Part shown: positions 13,700 to 27,641 of the stretch, piece after piece
Layout: each line of letters starts with the position of its first letter
How positions within the stretch are numbered: position 1 is the first letter of the stretch
Assembly: GCA_951406725.2 (NCBI GenBank)
Contig: OX597825.1
Span: forward strand, 60,016,001 to 60,080,000
Length of the DNA: 64,000 bases
Reading direction: 5' to 3'
Source of the DNA: Octopus vulgaris
Taxonomy: Eukaryota
Made by a program: the position numbers and the translations under genes
Notes under the pieces: model-generated
The model's input: only the letters and a program-made list of their open reading frames with translations
What the model was told of the DNA's origin: nothing
Databases searched by the model: none

Positions 13700-13918
13700 T
13701 ATATTTAACGTGGGTCTCAGGGAGATTCATCGTGATACATAATGTGACAAAACTGGTCCTTTGAATTACAAGTACTGCTAATTTTTGCCAGCAGAGTGAA
13801 CAAGAGTCATGTGATATACAGCGTCGTGCTCAAGCACACGCCACGCCGCCGGTAATCGAACACACGACCTTATGATCTTGAGCCAAATGTCTATGGCCAC
13901 TAAGCCACGCACTTTCAC
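13700..13918 (-). mobile_element. SINE family B copy (degenerate)
   Basis: TTTTTGCCAGC.GAGTG.AC, AATCGAAC (B-box complement) and CCACTAAGCCACGC, as in 14921-15156. Confidence 0.6.
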
Positions 13919-13956
13919 TTCAAAAGCATAATGCTTCTTAATATACGAGGCTAGAT

Positions 13957-14165
13957 AAGGCAGTGAACAGGCAAGATCTTTAGCACGCCGGGAAAAATGC
14001 TTAGCAGCATTTTGTCCCTCTTCGCATTCTGAGGTGAAACTCTACTGAGGTGGGCTTTACCTTTCATCCTTTCAGTGGTCGATAGACTAAGTGCAAGCTA
14101 AGCGTTGGGGTTAACATAACTGTCCCTCGAATTTGCTGGTCTTGTTCCACAGTTTGAAACAAATA
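13957..14165 (+). mobile_element. SINE family C copy
   Basis: AAGGCAGTGA...TAGCACGCCGG...CTTTACCTTTCATCCTTTC...GTCGATA; reverse complement of the family C copies. Confidence 0.7.
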
Positions 14166-14429
14166 TTCGAGGCTAGGCAACATAACAGGCCCAGTAATTA
14201 TTTACTTCATTAATAGGTCAGAATACAATTAAGAACTTAGCTAATAAAATCAGCTTACTAATTTTTTTCCCTAGCAATAATTTCGATTAACAAAAATTGT
14301 TTCAAATTTTGACAAAAGTCCAACACTTTTGAGGTCACGAAAACATGTTGTATTTGACCCCAGTGCTCAAATAGTACTTATTTTAGTGACCATGAAAAGA
14401 AAAATGCCAAATTCGAGCCAATTCATTAC

Positions 14430-14431
14430 TT

Positions 14432-14515
<84 letters not shown>

Positions 14516-14516
14516 C

Positions 14517-14565
<49 letters not shown>
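14430..14565. repeat. (TAC)n-(TAG)n self-complementary microsatellite
   Basis: Direct switch at ACTAGT (~14477). Confidence 0.9.
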
Positions 14566-14920
14566 TATTATTTACTCGCATTTGATTTCAGTTATAATCG
14601 GTTAATTATTTTTCGAAATCTTTACTGTATAGGTACTGAATAAGTAAATGACACCTAATAACACCATGTAAAAAAAAGTTTATACTGGATTAACCGGAAC
14701 TTGTTTTGAAGTTGATTTGTCAACATGTACATGCCTTCTAGAAAAAGAAACACACATTTCAAAGCACATTTTCTTTCTAACCGAAAAGTGCTGGACAATA
14801 CGTAGTATTAAAAGATGAATTCTTGAGCAGACTCCACCATTTGACTTTCAAATTAAAGCTGCGAAAATTAATTCTAAGTGAGAATATATTTATATTGTTC
14901 CAGTATAAATGCGCTGTCTT

Positions 14921-15156
14921 AAAGCCTAGACAGGTTCATGGGCCCGTTTCCCGATTTCAATGGGGTATATGGTCCCCAGCTGGATGGGACACCAGTCCAT
15001 TGCAGCGTTATTCATTTTTGCCACCTGAGTGGACTGGAGCAACGTGAAACGAAGTGTTTATTCAAGAAGACAACGTGTCGCCCGGTCCAGGAATCGAAAC
15101 CACAATCTTACGATCATGATTCTGACATCCTAACCAATAAACCACGCTCCTCCACT
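14921..15156 (-). mobile_element. tRNA-derived SINE family B
   Basis: Minus-strand head GTGGAGGAGCGTGG...GGTTAGG...GTGGTTTCGATTCCTGGACC; related copies at 21100-21212 (+) and 63075-63195 (+). Confidence 0.75.
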
Positions 15157-16059
15157 TGATTCAGTATATCTACGGATTAAACAAGCAGTAGAAATACTAG
15201 GCTATTACAAATAGCCTATGAAAAGCATTCAAGATATCTCGATGATATTCCTTGTTACACTCTTGGAAAAGTGGTTGTATAAATATATGTACCCTTATAT
15301 CTAGTAAAATCTTTTGTGCCTTTTATCTCTACTTTAAATGTCATTATCTTCTTTTAAACGATAGAGAATGCCATTATCCAATAACATTCTGTTTTCATAT
15401 AAAATGCAACCATCGTTGATCGTGATATTGTAAAGATATCATCATATCGTATAGCATTATTGTTCTATTCGCTTTTCCATATTCTTTCGGTGATTCGCAA
15501 AATATTTCGAATAAACATTTATGACTTTTCCGTTTCAAGAATTTGTGTCATGTGTGTGTGTGGGTGGGGGGGTGTATGTGTGTGTACGTGTGTGTGTACA
15601 TTCTACATACTTACCTATATACATATATGAACATATACATACATACGTACACAGGTTATATATATATAAAGTAGTACTATTACCGTTATTTACAGTAATA
15701 ATAAGGTGGTTAGCAAGTTCACACCTTTACAGGCATAATATAAAGTAATTTAAGATTAGGTAAGGTATATAATACCACTTGCTAAAATCAGAGCCATTGC
15801 TCCAAAAATCACTATAAAAATTACCATAAAGACCACCGACTGAAACAATTGAAAGATAAAAGACACGCACACACACATTTATATATATCTAGATAGGCGA
15901 AAAGTTTTGAACATGGTGCTTCATCATGTCTGCTGTTCAATAGACTATATATTATGCATATAAAATACCTCTTAATGTGTTGAAATTTACGCTGTATTTT
16001 ATAAAATTTACGCTGTATTTTATTTTATTATGTATAATGATTTCTGGAAAATTTGTCCG

Positions 16060-16384
16060 AAGAAATTGCCCGAATTTTTTTTTGCTGCCGACAAAAAACT
16101 GCGCTTGCGAGTTGGATTTGAAATATTAAAATGTATAAGCAAGACGGACATGTTGGGTTGGCCTCGTGCTTATATGTTTAATCTTGGCGTACCTGTTGAC
16201 GGAGACTTCACCTGGCAATTAATTTTATTTGCTGATAAAAGTCAGAAACCATGGTCCAGGAGATAGATGGTAAATGTTTTTATTTTTCATTCCCTTCGAC
16301 ATTAGTGGTTTTGATTTTAGCTGTTCCTTCTAGCGTAAGGGAGGCCTATGATGGATACCTCTTAGTGTGTTTAAATGTACGCTG

Positions 16385-16390
<6 letters not shown>
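16060..16390 (+). mobile_element. Penelope pLTR-like repeat with decayed HHR (16192-16260)
   Basis: Homologous to 52360-52730; CCUG-[UUGACGG]...GAAACCA-UGGUC-CAGG; followed by (TA)n. Confidence 0.65.
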
Positions 16391-16426
<36 letters not shown>

Positions 16427-16442
16427 CATACATACATTTATA

Positions 16443-16493
<51 letters not shown>

Positions 16494-17409
16494 AGTGAGA
16501 GAGTTGGTATGTGAAAGCACGTCGTTGGATGTATAGATGACAAAATAGAGTGAAAAAAGTACACAAGGCAGGCTTGTGCTATATGGTTAAAGAATATATT
16601 TAAATCGTTATGTTAGAAAAATGTTATAAAATTTTGCGTATAGTAACATTGTTTTTCGAGAAATACCCGGTTTGGTATTTTCTTTTCAAATTTCTCAAAT
16701 TTCTTTATCTGTATTGTGTCATCTCTTCGCTATGTTGTGAAGGAGACAATAAAATATGTTGGGAATGACTAGGTTTTATTAATTTAACATGATTTGGTTT
16801 AGAAAGAATATAATGTTACGAGTGGTTAGGTTTCGATTCATAATGTTTTCAATGAGGTAAGTTTCCTTTATTTAAAAATGTTAGAAATGGTTACGTTGTG
16901 GCTTACATTTTTTGATGAAGTAGGTTTCCTTATTTTATCCAACTTGTGTTGGTGTTCCAAAGGCACATTGATAGAATGGAAAGTTTAGAAATTGTGGTAG
17001 CTGTTTTGAGCATTTCTCAATATGTTCACTAAAGGGTATCATTCTGTATTCTGGGAGCGCAATCTGTGTCTCTCTTTTACTCTTGTGAAGGCTTGTTAGT
17101 CGGTAGTAGCACATCTAAAACAATATTTTATATGAGGATGTGAGTTCTTGGCTTTGGTTGTTTAAGCAGCAGTAGCCGAGGAAGGAGGCGAAGAAGAAGA
17201 AGAGGGAGTAGAAAAAGAAGAAAAAGAATAAGAAAAATATGGGAATGGTATGACAGTAGTAGGATGTTAGTGGGATCCTCTTAAATGATCAAGTGACCTA
17301 ATATTGACCTGTAGTGCTTATAATAGAAGTGATTGGATACTTCTCAACAAATTCATGTGTAGTGGCTCTTCTGAATATATCATTTTTAATATTTGCGTGG
17401 GTACTATTC

Positions 17410-17845
17410 TAGGGTCCTTGTAGTAGTGTCATTTGTGGTGGACACATTCAAAAGGGGTATATATTTTGAGATAAAATATGACTCTTTGCTGATGCGCTGA
17501 TTATAGGTTGCATCGTCGCTGAATTTATAGAGGGGAAAAATTATGAAGTTGGGTTGTTCGTTAGTTGCGCAAATATCGATGTGTCCGCTAATTCTATATT
17601 CCCAAATTTTAATCTAGAATCTATGTAGGGCCATCCTTTGGCGTAGAGTGTTTTTGCTTTGGCCTATATATTGCTCTCGACACCCTGAAGAAGTTAATGC
17701 ATATAGTAGGTTCTCCGAAGCACATGTGAAGTGGTCTTTCACTACAAAACGTTGACCCTGTTTGAAAGAGAGCACCGATCCATCAATTAGGTTGAACATA
17801 TACCACAGTTAAGACTTCCGCATTTATTTACTGATAGCTTCAGTG
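17410..17845 (-). pseudogene. Penelope-like retroelement GIY-YIG endonuclease fragment
   Basis: KCGSLNCGIC linker (frameshift), FTCASENLLYALTSSGCREQYIGQSKNTLRQRMALH, then GHIDIC...FIIFPLYK...QRISKESYFISKYIPLLN. Matches the PLE C-terminal endonuclease pattern (Neptune/Naiad-like). Confidence 0.85.
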
Positions 17846-18278
17846 TTGTTGTCAAGTGTATTCTTCTTCTTCTTCTTCTTCTTCTTCTTCTTCTTCTTCG
17901 TCGTCGTTGTCGTCGTCGTCTTCTTCTTCTTCTTCACTTCCTTCTTCGTTTATTGCTACTTAAACAATGAAAATCAAGAACACACATACCGCATATCAAA
18001 CATTCTTTTAGACCTGCTACAACATAGTACCTACAACAAAGCGTTCACAACGGTAAGAGAGAGTGATTGAGAGAGCGAGAGAGAGAGCGTGAGAGGGAGA
18101 GATTCAGAAAAAAATGAAAATGCCACTTGCATTTGAAAGCTATGAAAATATTTTTTAATAATCATGTAATTTAATTTCCCCACAATTTAATTTTTTTCAT
18201 GCAAAGACTGAAAGAGGTACTAAAATGTTTTTCATGATAAATTATTTTAGCATTTCCTTCATTGTCTTATTTTCCATA

Positions 18279-18407
<129 letters not shown>

Positions 18408-18530
18408 TCACAATGAAGGAACGGCCATAATAGGCCATTCACCCACTAGAAATAACAGCCAAAAGCTTCAACCGCAAAATAACATCAATTCCGTAAACCA
18501 GGAGAAAATTAAAAAAACATTTACCCTGTA

Positions 18531-18637
18531 ATTTCTTATACGATGCACCGTTTCGTCTACTGTTTAATGGTAAACTAACCTGATTAAATTAAATCAAGCC
18601 AATCTACCATAGGCCCTTAGATTCATCAGTAAGAAAT
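18531..18637 (-). ncRNA. Type I hammerhead ribozyme (array, inverted copy)
   Basis: Reverse complement of the 19192-19298 motif. Confidence 0.8.
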
Positions 18638-19191
18638 AGCCAAGTCGGAACAGATATTTTTCACGAGGCATTCCCGTCCCTGCCTCGGCAATATCTGACC
18701 TAAAATTTTCAAATCGTCGCACTCGCGCCAAATTTATCGGCAGCAAATAAATATAAGGCGCCGATTCCATTACGGAATTAACCAGAAAATTCATAATTAA
18801 TCAATATAGGGTGGCAAAAAAAAAATTTTGTAGAATTCTTTTGCCACCAGCGGCCTAGTGGGAAAAAAATTAAATAGTCATAAACCATTTTTAAGTTCAA
18901 CATCACAATCAAGGAACGGCCATAATAGGCCATTCACCCACTAGAAATAACAGCCAAAAGCTTCAACCGCAAAATAACCGCTGGTGGCAAAAGAATTCTA
19001 CAAAATTTTTTTTGCCACCCTATATTGATTAATTATGAATTTTCTGGTTAATTCCGTAATGGAATCGGCGCCTTATATTTATTTGCTGCCGATAAATTTG
19101 GCGCGAGTGCGACGATTTGAAAATTTTAGGTCAGATATTGCCGAGGCAGGGACGGGAATGCCTCGTGAAAAATATCTGTTCCGACTTGGCT

Positions 19192-19298
19192 ATTTCTTAC
19201 TGATGAATCTAAGGGCCTATGGTAGATTGGCTTGATTTAATTTAATCAGGTTAGTTTACCATTAAACAGTAGACGAAACGGTGCATCGTATAAGAAAT
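19192..19298 (+). ncRNA. Type I hammerhead ribozyme (array unit 1)
   Basis: Stem I AUUUCUUA/UAAGAAAU, CUGAUGA, stem II A.C+UCUA/UAGA with a 19-bp apical hairpin, GAAAC-GG-UGCA-UC-GUA; predicted cut after A19290. Confidence 0.82.
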
Positions 19299-19683
19299 TA
19301 CAGGGTAAATGTTTTTTTAATTTTCTCCTGGTTTACGGAATTGATGTTATTTTGCGGTTGAAGCTTTTGGCTGTTATTTCTAGTGGGTGAATGGCCTATT
19401 ATGGCCGTTCCTTGATTGTGATGTTGAACTTAAAAATGGTTTATGACTATTTAATTTTTTCCCACTAGGCCGCTGGTGGCAAAAGAATTCTACAAAATTT
19501 TTTTTGCCACCCTATATTGATTAATTATGAATTTTCTGGTTAATTCCGTAATGGAATCGGCGCCTTATATTTATTTGCTGCCGATAAATTTGGCGCGAGT
19601 GCGACGATTTGAAAATTTTTGGTCAGATATTGCCGAGGCAGGGACGGGAATGCCTCGTGAAAAATTTCTGTTCCGACTTGGCT

Positions 19684-19790
19684 ATTTCTTACTGATGAAT
19701 CTAAGGGCCTATGGTAGATTGGCTTGATTTAATTTAATCAGGTTAGTTTACCATTAAACAGTAGACGAAACGGTGCATCGTATAAGAAAT
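19684..19790 (+). ncRNA. Type I hammerhead ribozyme (array unit 2)
   Basis: Same motif +492 bp; predicted cut after 19782. Confidence 0.82.
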
Positions 19791-20175
19791 TACAGGGTAA
19801 ATGTTTTTTTAATTTTCTCCTGGTTTACGGAATTGATGTTATTTTGCGGTTGAAGCTTTTGGCTGTTATTTCTAGTGGGTGAATGGCCTATTATGGCCGT
19901 TCCTTGATTGTGATGTTGAACTTAAAAATGGTTTATGACTATTTAATTTTTTCCCACTAGGCCGCTGGTGGCAAAAGAATTCTACAAAATTTTTTTTGCC
20001 ACCCTATATTGATTAATTATGAATTTTCTGGTTAATTCCGTAATGGAATCGGCGCCTTATATTTATTTGCTGCCGATAAATTTGGCGCGAGTGCGACGAT
20101 TTGAAAATTTTAGGTCAGATATTGCCGAGGCAGGGACGGGAATGCCTCGTGAAACATATCTGTTCCGACTTGGCT

Positions 20176-20282
20176 ATTTCTTACTGATGAATCTAAGGGC
20201 CTATGGTAGATTGGCTTGATTTAATTTAATCAGGTTAGTTTACCATTAAACAGTAGACGAAACGGTGCATCGTATAAGAAAT
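20176..20282 (+). ncRNA. Type I hammerhead ribozyme (array unit 3)
   Basis: Same motif +984 bp; predicted cut after 20274. Confidence 0.82.
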
Positions 20283-20507
20283 TACAGGGTAAATGTTTTT
20301 TAATTTTCTCCTGGTTTACGGAATTGATGTTATTTTGCGGTTGAAGCTTTTGGCTGTTATTTCTAGTGGGTGAATGGCCTATTATGGCCGTTCCTTGATT
20401 GTGATGTTGAACTTAAAAATGGTTTATGACTATTTAATTTTTTCCCACTAGGCCGCTGGTGGCAAAAGAATTCTACAAAATTTTCTTTGCCACCCACCCT
20501 ATATTGA

Positions 20508-20568
<61 letters not shown>

Positions 20569-20630
20569 CATAAAACTTACTTGAAAAATGATGCGTGGTG
20601 TTCAATCGTATATACACATATATATATATT

Positions 20631-21043
<413 letters not shown>

Positions 21044-21319
21044 TTGTGTGTATGTGCAGCTATATGTATGTGTATTTGTGTGTAGCTATATGATCTACTT
21101 CGCTCAGTGGGCAGGGCATTGCACTCACGATCACCAGTTCGTATGATCGATTCCCGGACAGGACAGCCTGCTGCGTGTTTGTACGAAACACTTCATTTCA
21201 CATTGCTTTGCTATCATTTCGACATCCGACGTGTGGCCCACTTGCGCAAATGGGTAGGCAACGTCGATTTACGTCATCTCACACGTCATCTTTGACTGGA
21301 GATTCCATCACACACATAC

Positions 21320-21356
<37 letters not shown>

Positions 21357-22215
21357 CAAACACATACATATATAGACACACGCATACATACAAACACACA
21401 CACACACACATACGTACATATACATATATACACAAATATATGAAATAAATACATATATGTGTATGTATACACTAATATGATATGGAATTTTGATGCATTG
21501 AAGTATATGCATACATATACGCATGCATATATAATTGCATATATATATATACATATATATATATGCACATACATATGCATATATACATTCATAGCATGCA
21601 TACACATACACAAATAGGTAATTGAATATATTTTTCAATGAGTGAATATCTAGATATTTATGGGCTTTTATTCCCTTGAGTAATATATTTTATATATTTC
21701 CAACATTTTTATGTTGCTTTTCACTCAATATTAGAAAGATAAATCATTGAAAGGGAAAAAAAATTTAAAGCGATATATAAAACAACGACAAAAAGAAGGG
21801 AATTGCGGGGGTGGATAAAATACCGTTGGAAACTTAATTTCTGGCAGTTGTCTCTGAAAATATCCAAAAACTGAAAGTTTCTGCAGGTAATTAGGGATAT
21901 AATTGTAGAAGTCAAAAGTGCCAAATTATAGATTCTATATTTAACATCACACAGCCCCCACATACACACCAACGCACGCACACACTCTCACAAACACATT
22001 GACTCAGAGAAGCACACAATCATGGTGTCTATTACACTCTACATATTTCTCTTTCTCTTTCCTTTTTGCATAGTAGAAAGTAAACGGAAGCGCTATCTTT
22101 GATGAAATGATATTTGACATTATATCACACCCTCTCGCAATCTCATCCTTACTCGCCTCCAGTATTCTTCATCTCCATTTTCGACATTTTTCACCAATTT
22201 CTGGGCATTCCTGAA

Positions 22216-22552
22216 TCATGAAAGTGGGACGACGACGATGACGCTGACACCGCTGACGCCACTGTTTTTGCTACTAATGCTTTTGTTGTTGTTGCTGGTG
22301 CCGTTGCTGTTGTTGCTGCAGCTGAGGCTACTGCTGCTGTAGCCGCTAGTGCTGATAATGATAATAATGACGATGATGATGATGATGATGAGGAGGAGGA
22401 GGAGGGGGAAAAGGCAGAGGACGATGATAATGAGGATGATGTTTATGATAGTCATGATGATGATGATGATAATGATGTTCATAATGATGATGATGATGAT
22501 GTTGATAATGGTAATGATGACGACGATTGTAATGATGACGAGCATGCTGGTG

Positions 22553-22585
<33 letters not shown>

Positions 22586-22620
22586 ATAACGATCCTTCTC
22601 CTGCTCGCCATCATCGGCCT
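22216..22620. repeat. Compound trinucleotide low-complexity tract (GAT/GCT/GAG)
   Basis: Direct reading. Confidence 0.9.
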
Positions 22621-23153
22621 AATACTCCTCCTGTTCTCTTCATCTCGACAAAAAATACTGTTGCAAACTTGCAACGCTTCAGATAAAAAAAACAAACATC
22701 ATTAATATCAAAGCGTTTTGTTATCCTTCACAGATTTCAAACACTTAATATTTCTAATATTCCACTAATCTATACATCTTCCTATCCGCCTACTCAGCTT
22801 CCAGTCCACGCAATCATTTCTCGATCTATGCTATTCATACACTCAACGTCTGTGTGTGTGTGTGTGTGTGCGTGCATATATATATATATGTGTGTATGCG
22901 TATGTATGTATGTTTATGTGTGAGTGTTAGCAACTCTGCATACATACATATTTACATATATGAATGCTTGTGTATATTATAGTCAAAAGGTTCTTTTGAA
23001 TGAATTTCATATCTATTACGGTGCAAACAATAGCCGTTAAATTTAACACTTCCATTTTATTTAAAGGAACATCGAAGAGTTCTTGAAAGAAGATGCACAC
23101 ACATGCACACTTTGAAATGATACTTCATCAAATAATATATATATGTATATATA

Positions 23154-23315
23154 GGCGCAGGATTGGCTGTGTGGTAAGTAGCTTGCTAACCAACCACATG
23201 GTTCCGGGTTCAGTCCCACTGCGTGGCATCTTGGGCGAGTGTCTTCTGCTATAGCCCCGGGCCGACCAATGCCTTGTGAGTGGATTTGGTAGACGGAAAC
23301 TGAAAGAAGCCTGTC

Positions 23316-23361
<46 letters not shown>

Positions 23362-23579
23362 TTGTGTGTCTGTGTTTGTCCCCCTAGCATTGCTTGACAA
23401 CCGATGCTGGTGTGTTTACGTCCCCGTTACTTAGCGGTTCGGCAAAAAAGAGATCGATAGAATAAGTACTAGGCTTACAAAGAATAAGTCCCGGGGTCTA
23501 TTTGCTCGACTAAAGGCGGTGCTCCAGCATGGCCGCAGTCAAATGGCTGAAACAAGTAAAAAGAGTAAAGAGTAAAGAG

Positions 23580-23580
<1 letters not shown>
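23154..23580 (+). mobile_element. tRNA-derived SINE family A, full length
   Basis: A/B boxes, CTTGGGCGAGTGTC, internal microsatellite, (AAAGAGT)n tail. Confidence 0.9.
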
Positions 23581-23651
<71 letters not shown>

Positions 23652-23699
23652 GTATTTGAAAGAAGATGCTGAAAAGTTTATGCTGTGCCAAATATGAAT

Positions 23700-23736
<37 letters not shown>

Positions 23737-24950
23737 AAATCGAATATATATAAATTCGTGTTTGCTATCATAGTGTTAGATGCAGAATCATTAGCAATAT
23801 TAATAATAAGCATATCAAAACTAATAATGATGATGATGATGATGATACTTTTTCACAGGTTCACAAGGTCACATATTTGGTGACTGAGGGTTACAATGGG
23901 TTTTATCAATTCCAGTATGTGCTCGGTATGTTAACATATCATTACCCACTGAAAATTGCAGGCATAACTGACCACTGTAGTTTCTGGACTCAGAAGATGA
24001 AAGCGCCGTAAGTCATTACTGTAAGGTATTTTTTAAGCCACTCTAATGATTCTTTCCATCCAACGAATCAAATATAACGGTGAAGAAAAATTTGAAGGGT
24101 AACTGTGTAATTAAGTGCGCCAAGATAATCTTGATGGATGAAAAGTTAATTAAATGTACAAATACTGTTTTTAATGTAAATAGAAATGAGAAATCAAACC
24201 AGCACCGTCTTAAGGACCCAATTCTCATCTATGAATACTTGGTTTGCTGCCAAATATATAAATAGAATAGGGTCCAATATATAGACCTGCCAGGCGGTTG
24301 TATTTCTATTAAGACTGCTGTGACTCGAACACAAATTTATGAATATTTAATAGCCAAAGTTTTATACCCTGTAAAATAAAGAGATAAAATAATATATTAC
24401 GTAAGAATAATATAGACACATTTGATTAATATATAAAACAGCTGAATGTGAAAATATATCAGAAGAATAAGAATAAGGCAAGAGACATCAACGTTGTAAT
24501 TGTTGAAGTGAAATTTATAGTTATAATGTTCTCAACTAGAAGTTAAATGAATTAGCAAGACTAGACAGAAGACAAGAGAAATAATGACTGCATTTAAGAC
24601 AATCTTGTGAAAAGCTGACAAAGACAAATTATATTTATCATGAACATAGAGAGGTAGATGTTTCACGCAACTAAAAGTCTGTTAATATATTATAAAATAT
24701 ATCCTGGAGATATAAAAGTACTTAGTAAATACCCAAGTATACTAATACAATTAGCTGCAAAACATGAACGGATCGGAAAGTAATCTTTTTCTTCAAGGAA
24801 AATAATAAATACAACAGATGCGCTAAAATGAAAAGAAGTCAGAAGGAGAATTGTGAAAGAATAAAAGAAATTGTTTAAAAAAAAAGCTAAGAGAAATAAT
24901 CTATAATGATGATGATGATGATGATGATGATGATAATGATAATAATAATG

Positions 24951-25031
<81 letters not shown>

Positions 25032-25034
25032 GTA

Positions 25035-25430
25035 ATCCTTTCTTGTATTTGGATGAGTCAGAATCTAGTCAGAAATTTGGATGAGGGGACTAGTGGATTA
25101 AATTGAAACCAGTGTGTCACTGGTGCTTAATTTATCGACTCCGAAAGGAGGAAAGGTAAAGTCACCGTCGGCAGAATTTCAGCTGAGAATGTTAAGGCAG
25201 ACGAAATACCTATTTCTTTACTACCCACAAGGTGCTAAACACAGAGAGGACAAAGAAGGACAGACAAACGAATTAAGTCGATTATATTGACCCCAGTGCG
25301 TAACTGGTACTTATTTATTCGACCCCGAAAGGATGAAAGGCAAAGTCTACCTCGGCGGAATTTGAACTCAGAACATATCGGCAGACGAAATACCGCTATG
25401 GATTTTGCCAGTCCTGCTAACGATTCTGCC
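25035..25430 (-). mobile_element. Dimeric SINE family C element
   Basis: Two family C bodies joined at GCAGACGAAATACC, with different tails. Confidence 0.7.
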
Positions 25431-25433
25431 ATA

Positions 25434-25480
<47 letters not shown>

Positions 25481-25579
25481 AATAATAATGATAATAATAA
25501 TACTTTTATTATTATTAGTTATTTATATTTATTTTATTCTATTTTATTTATGATTATTATTTATTTATTCATTTTTAAT

Positions 25580-27641
25580 TTCTATCAATGCCGGGGTGGT
25601 GAGGGGAGTTGAGCGCTCGATCACTTATAATATGCCCCAATGTCTTGCGCAAGCGCAGTTCTGTTGTAGACAAGCCCGACTCCTTCGCGAAACCAACAGG
25701 AGAAGAATCTGGCGCCTTGAAATATCCAGTACTCCGAATAGGATGTATTCGTTAGCCTCGGGTGGCAAGTAGGAGCAAGAAAGAGCATTCAGAGTTCAAA
25801 ACCAGCGGAGTAAGGGCTCTGCCCCCTTGGGGGTCTACATTGATAGAGATGGTGTCTCGATAAAAATATCAGTTGGTAGTAACCTAAAAACATACCTCAT
25901 TTCTGAGTGAAAATGCCAAGCAAAATAGATGACTGGAACCACTGGTGAAGGCCTCACACCCGGCAGGTGCCCCACTGTGCCGCAGGGTGGGTTCAGTCGT
26001 AATCCAGCAACTGCTAACCATGTTACAAGAAATGAGTTGAGTAAACAAGTAAAACCTGATGGTTATGGAATATTACTACCGGAGCACCCCAGTGGATACG
26101 AATGGCGTGCATGTCACTTGGTACAGAAAACGAATGCACAGTGAATGGAATGTGATGGAACTGTTCGAAATTACTGAACAGAGATTATGTGACCAAGCAA
26201 GAGAAATACGAAAGAATGGATGGTTAACAGAATTGGAGCTAGAAGCTATTGAAAGAAGAATACCGGTTGAGGCTGGGCTTGCGAGAAATGAAAGTGGTAT
26301 GGTGGAAGAGATGGACAATTGTTCGCAAGAATATAATACCGTGAATGGTGAAAGAATTGAGATCAGTGACTACTCACACAATGAAGATCGATTAATAATA
26401 GACAGAATTTTGGATATATTGAATACAGAAGGGACAGAATTTATGTGTGACTTTAAGAATGTTAATCAATTGGGATTAAATCGAGAGGTGAATAAAGTCA
26501 ATAAGGTACTGAGACGCTCTGAAACAAAGAACATCACACAAACAAATAATCTTATCAAGGCTGCTTGAAGGATTGTGGCGGAAAGGATGGGATTGAGAAT
26601 TACTGCGAATAGAACAGCGACGGATAGAAGAGGAAATAAACAACCGAGGTGGAAAAGGAGAATTCCTGAAGATATGAACTCTGTCAACAGTGTAGTATTA
26701 ATACTTGTCAAGATAAAATGAATATAAATTCGAAAAAGTTAAGAAGAAGTATGGTGTAAATATGAAAGGCCTGAATGTTGTAACTGAAGAACTGAAGCCG
26801 CGCATACATGCAAAAAAATCAAAGCTAACTAGGTTTGAGTAACGGATTAAACAATACTCGCAAAACAAATTGTTTAGGACCGACCAAAAAAGACTCTACT
26901 AAGAAATCAATGATGATAAATAACATGAAATATTACTCCCTAATGCTGATGAAATCTATTTTCTAGGATAAAATATGGAGTAAGCAAGGACAACAAAATA
27001 CTACAGCTGAATGGCTCTGCAGCCTTAAGCAAACAGCTTCTTATCCCCCAACAAGAAGCTATCCACTTCACAGAAAACAGTATCAGAAATATGACTAAAA
27101 AAAAAAAAAGCAATTGGAATGCAGCAGGACCTGATGGAGTATAGGGCTTTTGGATAGAAAGGTTCAGTAGTTACCATAAATTGATCGCAAAGGAGAAGAA
27201 ACCCCCGGCTTTTTAACAAAAGGACGAACGGTGTTGTGCCTGAAAGATGCATCAAAAGGAAATATTGTTCACAATTACAGACCGATTTCCTGCCTCCCGT
27301 TAATGTGTAAGTTACTGTCAGGAGGAAGTTCAAAAGAACTGTATAAATTTCTTGATGAGAACGATATTTTACCACCGGAAAAAAGGCTGTTGAAGGAGAT
27401 GCAGAGGTAACAAAGATGAACTATTGATAGAAAAAATGATAGTGCAATATTGTAAGTAAAGAAAGGAAAACTAACCTGCGAAAGGCCTGGATTTACTATC
27501 GCAAAGCTTATGATATGATTCCACACTCGCAGATCATTGAGTGCTTAGATCTATTTGGAATTACGAAGAATGTAACATGTTTCCTGAAGAGAAGTATGGT
27601 GCGATGGAAAACTGAACTGACATCCTACGGAAAAAAGCTTG
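25580..27641 (+). mobile_element. R4/Dong-clade non-LTR retrotransposon, 5' half, decayed
   Basis: VMEYYYRS...YRKRM...TEQRLCDQAREIRKNGWLTELELE; RT pieces NWNAAGPDG..GFW, KGRTVLCLKD...NYRPISCLPLMCKLL and YRKAYDMIPHS; follows a TTA-rich tract. Confidence 0.85.

Noticed and set aside
19035-19235. 66-aa ORF (MNFLVNSVMESAPY...) present in all four array units; monomer length divisible by 3
   Set aside because: Conservation simply reflects recent duplication. No recognisable domain, it overlaps the HHR, and a stop codon rules out endless rolling-circle translation in this frame.
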